Origin: an uncultured Candidatus Peribacteria bacterium
GTDB taxonomy: Bacteria > Patescibacteriota > Gracilibacteria > UBA4473
DNA: 64,000 nucleotides
Assembly: GCA_964344775.1 (NCBI GenBank)
Contig: CAYFOO010000001.1
Location: 13,087-77,086 of the forward strand
Reading direction: 5' to 3'
The first letter of the stretch is position 1; every line of letters starts with the position of its first letter. Shown here piece after piece: positions 43,674 to 51,786 of the stretch. Below the pieces are notes generated by a model. The model searched no databases. It was not told the DNA's origin and was given only the letters and a program-made list of their open reading frames with translations. The position numbers were made by a program, and so were the translations under genes.

Positions 43674-43708
43674 AATTACGAATTACGAATGACAAATTAC
43701 AAATTCTT
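43674..43708. repeat. heptamer array AATTACG AATTACG AATGACA AATTACA AATTCTT
   Basis: At the 3' flank and stop of the four-helix-bundle gene. Confidence 0.8.
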
Positions 43709-44047
43709 TTTAGAAGAAATCTGAATCTTGCTAATTATTTTACAAATTTCATTTACATCCTGCAAATGTTCATCGACTAATTTTTCCTCTAAAATTTTAG
43801 AGTCTTTGAGCAACCTTAACCAAAATCTTGTTTCTCTCGCTTCTCGATAGGAAATAGAAATTTTTGCGATAAAATCTTTTTTGGATTGAGCTCCTTGAGC
43901 TTCTTCAATATTTGCTCCAATACTGGTTCCAGATTTCAAAAGCTGTTTAGACATTACATACTCCTTTTTTTCATTTACAAGATACTGATATAATTTGATT
44001 ATTTTTAGAGCAAAAGCATAGCTTTTAGTTTGAATAATATTTTCCAT
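43697..44047 (-). CDS. four-helix-bundle protein (23S rRNA IVS protein / Avd-like family)
   Basis: SYAFALKIIKLY, SGTSIGANIEEAQGAQSKKDF and REARETRFWLRLL are characteristic of the family. Confidence 0.8.
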   Translation of the reverse strand: MENIIQTKSYAFALKIIKLYQYLVNEKKEYVMSKQLLKSGTSIGANIEEAQGAQSKKDFIAKISISYREARETRFWLRLLKDSKILEEKLVDEHLQDVNEICKIISKIQISSKKNL

Positions 44048-44109
44048 AATTTGTAATTATTAATAATCCAAAACTTGTAATTCGTAATTTGTCACTTGTA
44101 ATTGGCTAG
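44047..44109. repeat. 9-unit heptamer array ... CCAAAAC TTGTAAT TCGTAAT TTGTCAC TTGTAAT TGGCTAG
   Basis: Fills the entire spacer between pyk and the four-helix-bundle gene. It is the reverse-complement family of 43674..43708. Confidence 0.8.
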
Positions 44110-45509
44110 AATTCCCGAATCTGCAACGTCGGCACAAACTTCCCATCCACCATCGAATCTGCGGCCAACACAAATTTCTTCCCTTTCCAATCTGGATTTT
44201 TTTCGAGAAACTCCTCTTTTGCCCGAGCGATGGTTTTTTCTGGATCAGAAGAAAACTGAATCCGATAACTCATCACTCCCCAGAGGAGTTGCATCCGACG
44301 CCTAGTGGAAGGCACATTAGTAAAAGCAAAAATCGGGACTTTCGGACGAAAACTAGAAACCAGGTTTGCCATGTATCCGCTCCGTGTAACAACCACAATT
44401 GCCAATACATCATTCAACGCCGCTGCCAATCGAGTAGAAATTTTGGCAAAAGCACCCCGATCAGAATCCACTGGTAGATCTCGAATCGGACGATCATTAA
44501 TATATTCTTTTTCTGTTTCCTTGATAATTTCTGCCATAGTTTTGACGGCCTTGAGCGGATAAGCTCCTCCCGCTGTCTCACCGGACAACATCACTGCATC
44601 AGTCCGTTGAAAAACCGCTGTGGAAACATCCGTCACCTCTGCTCGTGTCGGAATAGGGTTATAAATCATGGACTCCAACATGTGCGTAGCCACAATCACT
44701 GGTTTTTGGAAATGTTTGGTAGTATCAATAATCTCCCTCTGAAGGCGAGGCACCTGAGAAAAAGGAATTTCTGCTCCCAAATCCCCCCTTGCTACCATGA
44801 TAGCATCTGCTGCCTCGCAAATAGTTCCCAAATGATTTGTAGCCTCAAAACTTTCGATCTTTGCTACTACATCCACGTGTGCTTTTTCTTTTTCGAGAAA
44901 ATCTTTCAGTTCTTTTATTTCATCTGCTCTCCGCACAAAAGAAAGAGCGATGAAATCCACTCCCATCTCCACACCAAACTTAATATCTTTCCAATCTTTT
45001 TTGGTGATGGATGCCAGCGAAACATCTTTCATGGGGAGATTTAAATGCCGCCGAGAAGTTAGTTCTCCCCCGTCCAAAACTTCACAAACGATGTCTGTTT
45101 TTGTTTTTTTCTTCACTTTCAAATTCATAACCCCGTTATCGACCAAAATCTTTTCACCTTTTTCTACATCATTGATAAACCCATCATAATTCACGGCCAC
45201 TTTTTTGGTTTCTTTGGGATCAAACGGTGCCACCGTCAAAATTAATTCTTCTCCTTTTTTGAGTTGAAGTGGAACTTCTATGTCTCCGGTACGAATCTCC
45301 GGCCCCTTTGTGTCCATCATTATCGCCACATTGTGAACTAATTTCTTGTTCAATCTTTTGATCCGTTTTATTACTTCTCCATGCCATTCGTGTGTCCCGT
45401 GAGAGAAATTCAAACGAAAAACATTGACCCCGGCCAGAGCCATCCTCTCGAGTGTTTCAAAATCTTCAGAAACCGGGCCGATCGTGGCTACAATTTTTGT
45501 GTGTTTCAT
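44106..45509 (-). CDS. pyk: pyruvate kinase
   Basis: TKIVATIGP, RLNFSHG, MVARGDLG and the rest are typical. Confidence 0.95.
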   Translation of the reverse strand: MKHTKIVATIGPVSEDFETLERMALAGVNVFRLNFSHGTHEWHGEVIKRIKRLNKKLVHNVAIMMDTKGPEIRTGDIEVPLQLKKGEELILTVAPFDPKETKKVAVNYDGFINDVEKGEKILVDNGVMNLKVKKKTKTDIVCEVLDGGELTSRRHLNLPMKDVSLASITKKDWKDIKFGVEMGVDFIALSFVRRADEIKELKDFLEKEKAHVDVVAKIESFEATNHLGTICEAADAIMVARGDLGAEIPFSQVPRLQREIIDTTKHFQKPVIVATHMLESMIYNPIPTRAEVTDVSTAVFQRTDAVMLSGETAGGAYPLKAVKTMAEIIKETEKEYINDRPIRDLPVDSDRGAFAKISTRLAAALNDVLAIVVVTRSGYMANLVSSFRPKVPIFAFTNVPSTRRRMQLLWGVMSYRIQFSSDPEKTIARAKEEFLEKNPDWKGKKFVLAADSMVDGKFVPTLQIREF

Positions 45510-45558
45510 CCAGCTGATTATCCGGATTGGTGAAAATTTATCAAATTATTTGTTGTTT

Positions 45559-47268
45559 TTAAGCAGCTCTTTTTTCTTTCATTTCAGTGTCAATGCTTTT
45601 TACAGCATTTAATACTTCCATGATAGATTCCGTGGTATCTCTTCTTTGAGTTTCCACATCAATTCCTTCGGTGGCTGCAGCAAGCTCTTCATGTCGGTAC
45701 TGGGAGGGAATAGTTTCAATTCCCGCAGCTGCATTTGCTTTCGGAAACTTATGCGGATTTGCCGTCACAAGAGAAAGGATAGTCACATCGCGTGGGATTT
45801 TTCCATTAGCTAGCCCTGTTCTTATAGCTTTTATTCCAGCCGCTCCATGAGAGTCTGGCATTTTTGTTCCATTTGTTTTTTCATACACCTCTCTCATTGT
45901 ATCAGCTGTTTCTTCATCATTTACTACTCCATCTGCATGGATAATAATACTTCGTAAGAATTCAAGCATTTTGTCGGTTACACCAAATTCTTTGATATCC
46001 ACCCCCTCTTTCATTTTCTTTTTATCCTTAAAAGCATTTTTTATGCCCACATGATCAATTTTTTTCTCTGGATCAGCTTTTCTGCGGGCATAGTCGAGCA
46101 ACCGTTCCATATTACTAGCGTAGGAAATATCCATAGATGGAGAAAGACTTGGGTCTACACCATCATATTGGAGTACCCCCTTGTTTATCAGGCCAGCCAT
46201 AATGTCATTTTGATTGGTAGCCAAAACAAACCCTTGTATCGAAGCTCCCATTTCCATGGCCGTAATTCCCGCCATGATGTGTCCGACATTTCCGGTGGGG
46301 ACAGTGTAGACAACCTTTTCTCCGGGTTGGATGATCTTATTTCTCATGGCCTTTCCGTAGGTATAGAAAAATTGGGTCATTTGCGGACCATAACGAAAAA
46401 AATTGATTGAATTGGCACTCCCTAAATTTAAATCTCTCAATATTTCTTCCATTTCATGAAGCTGATCTCCTGTTAAATTCTCCTTAATCTTTCCCTCTGA
46501 AATATCTTTTAGTACTTCGGCCTCCCCCAATCTTCCGATTACGCCATCTCGAATCTCTTGAAGCATTTTTGAGATAGCCTGACATCGATCAAAATCCCCC
46601 TTTACCGCCAAACACTGTACATTTTCATTTTGTTGATCGGCCTGGATCATTTGTTTTTCTTGTACTTCACTCACTCCTCCCTCTGGATAAAGTACCGTCA
46701 CAGACACCCATTCTGCTCCTTCAAATGCTCGAGCAATCGCCACTCCTGTATCTCCAGAAGTAGCCACAATAATATTAATCGGGCGACCATGTTTTTCGCA
46801 CCACCAATTGAGGAGTTTTCCCATGGCTCGTGCGGCAATATCTTTGAAGCTCGCGGTAGGCCCTCGATCCAACCAAGCCAAAAACACTTTCCCCGGATCA
46901 TCGGCATCCAAAATATCTTCAAAAACCTGTGTAATATCCTCCAACGGAATATCAAAATTGTGTGCCTGCCGCATCATTTCCAGAAGGTCATCATCTGAAA
47001 TATCTGCCCGTGGAATAAATCGACGAAGAAGTAGGGTCGAAACCTGATGCATCTTAAGTTCTGGAAGTGTTTCTGCAAAAAATTCTTCTTCAAAAGGTGG
47101 AGGAAATCCGTCTGGAACAAAAAGTCCTCCATCTGGAGCAAGTCCTGCAGAAAGCGGTTGTTGCCAATCTGTTTTGTTTTCTTCCGCTTCGTCACGAGTA
47201 CTTACAAATTCTACTCCTATCCCATCAGGGGATTCTGCTAAAGTCGTATCAATAAAACTCATAATCAA
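45559..47268 (-). CDS. thrC: threonine synthase (long form)
   Basis: GLAPDGGLFVP, PLP-Lys block PTASFKD, and VATSGDTG. 569 aa. Confidence 0.85.
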   Translation of the reverse strand: MIMSFIDTTLAESPDGIGVEFVSTRDEAEENKTDWQQPLSAGLAPDGGLFVPDGFPPPFEEEFFAETLPELKMHQVSTLLLRRFIPRADISDDDLLEMMRQAHNFDIPLEDITQVFEDILDADDPGKVFLAWLDRGPTASFKDIAARAMGKLLNWWCEKHGRPINIIVATSGDTGVAIARAFEGAEWVSVTVLYPEGGVSEVQEKQMIQADQQNENVQCLAVKGDFDRCQAISKMLQEIRDGVIGRLGEAEVLKDISEGKIKENLTGDQLHEMEEILRDLNLGSANSINFFRYGPQMTQFFYTYGKAMRNKIIQPGEKVVYTVPTGNVGHIMAGITAMEMGASIQGFVLATNQNDIMAGLINKGVLQYDGVDPSLSPSMDISYASNMERLLDYARRKADPEKKIDHVGIKNAFKDKKKMKEGVDIKEFGVTDKMLEFLRSIIIHADGVVNDEETADTMREVYEKTNGTKMPDSHGAAGIKAIRTGLANGKIPRDVTILSLVTANPHKFPKANAAAGIETIPSQYRHEELAAATEGIDVETQRRDTTESIMEVLNAVKSIDTEMKEKRAA

Positions 47269-47395
47269 AAAAGTTAAAAAATAATTTTACTCTTTTTAAT
47301 AAAATGCAAATCAATGTCAAATATTTTTTCTTGTGTTTTATACTTCTTTTCGATATCTAAGGAGACATCTTTCATATTTTTTAACCCCAAAACCA

Positions 47396-48193
47396 ATGAA
47401 AAAATTATTAGCTCTGCTCCTCCTGGGAGCAATCAGCTTCTCTCCCCTCGCTGTCGCAGAAGATGACATGGATAACGACATCATGATGGAAGAAATAGAA
47501 GATGCTGATGAAGAACTCGAAGATGAAGAAGAATCTATCGAAGCTGAAGAAGCAGATATCGAACAAATGGAAAAAGATCTCGAAGAACGAAAAGCTCGAC
47601 TTGCTGAACGTCGAAAAAAAATGAAAGCCATGCGAGAAGAATGGGAATCTCTTTCCGCTGAAGAAAAACAAGAAAAGATTATGGAGTTTCGAAAAGATCA
47701 TCCGCGATTTTTACCGAAGAAAAGACGTCAAAAACGTGAACATTTCGAAGAAAAGCGTGAACAATTCCAAGAAAGATTTGAAGAACAAAAAGATGATATG
47801 CAAGAACGCATGGAAGAAAAAAAAGGAAGATTTCAAAATCGAATGAATGATCGTAGATCAAGATTTCAAAATCGATTTAGCAAAAAAAGAGATCGTTTCC
47901 AAAAAAAGATGGAAAAAACAAAGAGCAAACTCCAAGATCGAAGAGAACGAATGTCAAAAAGAACAAACCTATTCCAAAGAAAACAACCTAGCCGAAGCGA
48001 AAGACGAGCTGATCGAGCCAGAAGAGGTACCTACCGACCTTCTGAACAGGGCGACATCAGACAAGCACCAAGAAAATTCAGTCGAGCTCCTTACAATCGG
48101 TTTTCAAAAAAATCAAGAATGAAAAACGCTGGACGGGTAAATCGATATGGAATACGAAAAAGCACGGCCGTTCCTAGTTCTGAGGAAGAATAA
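47396..48193 (+). CDS. secreted highly charged low-complexity protein
   Basis: Start moved to MKKLLALLLLGAISFSPLAVA (signal peptide). The rest is an E/K/R-rich repetitive region with RFQNR-type repeats. A terminator follows at 48214..48240. Confidence 0.6.
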   Translation: MKKLLALLLLGAISFSPLAVAEDDMDNDIMMEEIEDADEELEDEEESIEAEEADIEQMEKDLEERKARLAERRKKMKAMREEWESLSAEEKQEKIMEFRKDHPRFLPKKRRQKREHFEEKREQFQERFEEQKDDMQERMEEKKGRFQNRMNDRRSRFQNRFSKKRDRFQKKMEKTKSKLQDRRERMSKRTNLFQRKQPSRSERRADRARRGTYRPSEQGDIRQAPRKFSRAPYNRFSKKSRMKNAGRVNRYGIRKSTAVPSSEEE

Positions 48194-48213
48194 ATTTTTG
48201 AAAAACTAAAAAG

Positions 48214-48240
48214 AAAAAGTGCCCACATGGGCACTTTTTT
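48214..48240 (+). terminator. intrinsic terminator of 47396..48193
   Basis: AAAAAGTGCCC-ACAT-GGGCACTTTTT, a perfect stem with flanking A and T runs. Confidence 0.8.
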
Positions 48241-48284
48241 AAAATTTGATTTTTGCACTTTTTGAAATAGGATTCGCCCTGCTC

Positions 48285-49682
48285 ATGCCAAAAAACATCA
48301 TCGACAAAATCTGGTCTTCGCATGTGGTGCATGCAGAAAAAGATGCTCCGGATATTCTTTTTATCGATCTACAACTTCTACACGAAGTGACCACTCCTCA
48401 AGCTTTTGATGTGTTGCGAAAACGAGGACTAAAATTCTTTGATCCAAAACGAAACTTTGCCACCATCGATCACTCCATCCCTACGGATGAAAATCGAAAA
48501 AACTATCCCGATGAAAAAGCTCGAGCACAGGTAGAACAACTGCGAAAAAATTGTGAAGAGTTTGGGATTCAGATTTTTGACACGGATTCTGGTCATCAGG
48601 GTATCGTACATGTGATCGGACCAGAGCTAGGACTCACACAGCCCGGAAGGACCATTGTCTGTGGAGATTCTCATACTTCAACCCATGGAGCCTTCGGAGC
48701 TCTGGCATTTGGGATTGGGACCACGCAGATCTCCCATGTGATGGCAACACAATCACTCCTGCTGGAGAAACCAAAAACGATGAAAGTGACCTTCATCGGA
48801 AATCCATCTGAACATTTCACGGCCAAAGATGCAATCCTTGCTTTGATCAACAAAATCGGCATCCAAGGTGGTACCGAGCACGCGATTGAATTCTGTGGGG
48901 AGTATATTCGGAGTCTCTCGATGGAAGGCCGAATGACGATTTGTAATATGGCGATTGAATGCGGGGCGAAATCTGGACTCATCTCTCCAGATGAAACCAC
49001 GTTTGACTATTTGAGAGAGCGAAAATTTGCCCCAAAAAACTTCGATGCGGCTGTTGAAAACTGGAAAAAACTCGCTTCTGATAAAAATGCTACGTACGAC
49101 ACGGAAGTAGAAATCAACCTGGAAGGAATGAGGCCCATCGTCACTTGGGGAACGAATCCAGAACAATCCGTACAAATCAATGAAAATCTCCCCATTCCAG
49201 CAGAAATGGAAGATTCGGCTAAAAAACTCGCGGCCGAAAAATCCTACGAATATGTACAGCTCAATCCGGGGGATAAAATTGCAGGAACCCCAATCGACTA
49301 TGTCTTCATCGGAAGCTGTACGAATGGAAGAATCGAAGATATGCGAGAAGCCGCAGAAATCCTAAAAAATCACAAAGTACATCAAAATGTAAAATGCTTC
49401 ATCGTGCCGGGATCAGAAGCAGTTCGAGCACAATGTGAAAAAGAAGGATTGAATAATATTTTTGACGAGTCAGGGGCAGACTTCCGGATGCCCGGGTGCT
49501 CGATGTGCCTCGCGATGAATGGCGACTTCGTCCCGACAGGAAAAAGATGTGCTTCTACCTCAAACCGAAACTTCGTCGGACGACAAGGAACCGGCAGCTT
49601 TACCCACCTCATGTCCCCAAAAATGGCCGCCATCTGTGCGGTGACGGGAAAGATTACCGACCCGGAAGAATTTTTAAATTAG
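48285..49682 (+). CDS. leuC: 3-isopropylmalate dehydratase large subunit
   Basis: Start moved to MPKNIIDKIW. Aconitase-family blocks: GDSHTSTHGAFG, CTNGRIED, PGCSMCLAMN and STSNRNFVGRQG. No leuD is adjacent. Confidence 0.92.
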   Translation: MPKNIIDKIWSSHVVHAEKDAPDILFIDLQLLHEVTTPQAFDVLRKRGLKFFDPKRNFATIDHSIPTDENRKNYPDEKARAQVEQLRKNCEEFGIQIFDTDSGHQGIVHVIGPELGLTQPGRTIVCGDSHTSTHGAFGALAFGIGTTQISHVMATQSLLLEKPKTMKVTFIGNPSEHFTAKDAILALINKIGIQGGTEHAIEFCGEYIRSLSMEGRMTICNMAIECGAKSGLISPDETTFDYLRERKFAPKNFDAAVENWKKLASDKNATYDTEVEINLEGMRPIVTWGTNPEQSVQINENLPIPAEMEDSAKKLAAEKSYEYVQLNPGDKIAGTPIDYVFIGSCTNGRIEDMREAAEILKNHKVHQNVKCFIVPGSEAVRAQCEKEGLNNIFDESGADFRMPGCSMCLAMNGDFVPTGKRCASTSNRNFVGRQGTGSFTHLMSPKMAAICAVTGKITDPEEFLN

Positions 49683-50119
49683 GTACTTCGGAAAATTCCC
49701 AATCCCAAAATTCCATCAGTTGTACTTTTTTTAGCCTGTTCCGCTTCTTTACTCACACCAAGCTGTTTTTTAGCACGTTCTTGTTCATTTGCTCCTAATT
49801 CTGCTTCGGCTCTCTCAATTGCCTCTGCTACTTCCGCATCTCCTTCTTTTGTAAGTTCGACAAATTCGTTTACATCTCTAATTGCTGCTTCTTGAGTTTC
49901 TTTTCGGTCCCGGGCATAAGCAACTAATGAGGGAGTTGCTCTATCAAAAGTATTCCCTTCCTTTCCTTTTTTAGAATCAACCTTTTTCACCATTTCGCCA
50001 TGGCTTTTTTGGGGCCTCATCATTGCCTCCAATTCTGCCCTTCCAATCCCAGCTTCCGCCCTTTTTTTATCTTTGTCTTTATTGGGAAATGCATCTGGTG
50101 AATCTTTACGAGCTACCAT
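49679..50119 (-). CDS. hypothetical protein
   Basis: 146-aa charged ORF. Its 3' end overlaps leuC by 4 nt (convergent). No domain recognised. Confidence 0.45.
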   Translation of the reverse strand: MVARKDSPDAFPNKDKDKKRAEAGIGRAELEAMMRPQKSHGEMVKKVDSKKGKEGNTFDRATPSLVAYARDRKETQEAAIRDVNEFVELTKEGDAEVAEAIERAEAELGANEQERAKKQLGVSKEAEQAKKSTTDGILGLGIFRST

Positions 50120-50125
50120 TTTAAA

Positions 50126-50446
50126 TTATTTATTAGTAGAAAAAACTGACTCAAATTCATTATCTATTTGTCGAAGTACATTTTTTTCGTTTATCCTTTG
50201 GATTTCTTCGTTATATTTATTTATAATTTTGGTTCTTTTATAGAGATGTTCATTATTTATATTAATCCTTTTAGTATTTAATTCATAAATTTTAACCTGC
50301 TCTTCCGCTAGAATATTATATAATTTTCGTTTTTTCGCTTCCGGCATTTCTCCTAAATGATTAATCAAATACTCCTTTTGCTCGGCATTTAAAGCCTGAG
50401 AAGCCTCGATCAAGTCCGGAAGGAAATTCACATCGTAGTTAGTCAT
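50126..50446 (-). CDS. hypothetical protein
   Basis: 106-aa helical ORF immediately upstream of 49679..50119. Confidence 0.45.
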   Translation of the reverse strand: MTNYDVNFLPDLIEASQALNAEQKEYLINHLGEMPEAKKRKLYNILAEEQVKIYELNTKRININNEHLYKRTKIINKYNEEIQRINEKNVLRQIDNEFESVFSTNK

Positions 50447-50526
50447 CTTTTTTTGAAAATTTATAATTCTTGTAATTATACCTGAAAAAAGCTAAAAAAA
50501 CAAGGTATTTAGCCTCAAAAACTAAG

Positions 50527-51747
50527 ATGCATCCTCTCCTTTCAAAATTACAAAATTATAATTGGCAAAAATTAGTGGGAAAATATAGTTCCCCACTAGT
50601 ACTCGTAGATGCGGAAATTATTCGAAAAAGAATACAAATCCTGAAGTCTAATTTCCCAAATTGTCATTTTTACTACGCATTAAAAGCAAACTTCAATCCG
50701 CATATTGTTAAAATCATCGTAAATGAAGGATTTGGTATCGATGCGGTTTCACCAAATGAAGTGGAGTTGGGATTAAAATTGGGAATTCCAGCTGAAAAAA
50801 TCGTGTACAACGAGAACAATATGACCGATGACGATATGAATTATTCCGTATCAAAAAAGATAAATCTTACGGTTGGCTCACTTTCTCGTCTGGAAAAATA
50901 TAGTCAGAAATACCCAAATACTGAAATCGGTATCCGAATAAATGGAGACATTGGTGCTGCCCTACACCAAAAAACCTACACCGCCGGCCCAAAATCAAAG
51001 TTTGGAATCCACTACAAACATCTCGAAAAAGCCCTCGAAATTGCAAAAAAAAATAACGTAAAAATCACAACGGCTCATCAACATATTGGATCTGGATGGT
51101 TGAATTCAGAACCTTTTTTTGAAGCAGTAGATATCCTCCTTGCACAAGCAAAAAAAATGCCGGACGTGCGGAAAATAGACTTTGGAGGTGGGTTTGGGAT
51201 TCCATACAAACCGAATCAATCGCATATCGACTATAAAATACTGGGACAAAAGTTTCAGGAAAAAATTGTGAATTTTACAAAAAAAACAGGACGTAATTTT
51301 AAAATTGCTTTTGAACCAGGACGATTTATCGTAGCTGAATCCTCTGTTCTTTTAGCCACTGTAAATACAAGGAAGAAAAATCCAGACGGAAAAATTTTCC
51401 TTGGAACAGATACGGGATTTAATCATCTCGTTCGTCCAGCGATGTACGATAGTTATCACCAGATTTTAAATCTTTCTCGGCTAAAAAATCCCAAAGAAAA
51501 AGTAAATATTTGCGGAAATCTGTGTGAATCGTCTGATTTTTTCGCCAAAGATCGAGAAATTGAAAAAGCTGAAGAGGGAGATATTTTAGCTATTTTTGAC
51601 GTGGGAGCCTACGGATTGGCTCAAGGCTCTCATTACAATCTTCGTGGATATCCAGCAGAAGTTCTGATCGATGGAAATACAGAAAAAATAATTCGAAAAC
51701 GAGAAAATTTTGAAGATTTGATGAAAACATTTGATTATCCGTTCTAA
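50527..51747 (+). CDS. lysA: diaminopimelate decarboxylase (fold-III PLP decarboxylase)
   Basis: FYYALKAN (PLP Lys), DFGGGFGIPY and CGNLCESSD. DAP specificity is inferred from family resemblance and the lysK neighbour. Confidence 0.75.
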   Translation: MHPLLSKLQNYNWQKLVGKYSSPLVLVDAEIIRKRIQILKSNFPNCHFYYALKANFNPHIVKIIVNEGFGIDAVSPNEVELGLKLGIPAEKIVYNENNMTDDDMNYSVSKKINLTVGSLSRLEKYSQKYPNTEIGIRINGDIGAALHQKTYTAGPKSKFGIHYKHLEKALEIAKKNNVKITTAHQHIGSGWLNSEPFFEAVDILLAQAKKMPDVRKIDFGGGFGIPYKPNQSHIDYKILGQKFQEKIVNFTKKTGRNFKIAFEPGRFIVAESSVLLATVNTRKKNPDGKIFLGTDTGFNHLVRPAMYDSYHQILNLSRLKNPKEKVNICGNLCESSDFFAKDREIEKAEEGDILAIFDVGAYGLAQGSHYNLRGYPAEVLIDGNTEKIIRKRENFEDLMKTFDYPF

Positions 51748-51786
51748 TTTGCATTTTATCAGCTTTTTTGCATACTTTCCTCCACA

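Noticed and set aside
43697-44047. Diversity-generating retroelement suggested by the Avd-like four-helix-bundle gene
   Set aside because: There is no reverse transcriptase ORF and no template/variable repeat pair anywhere in the window.
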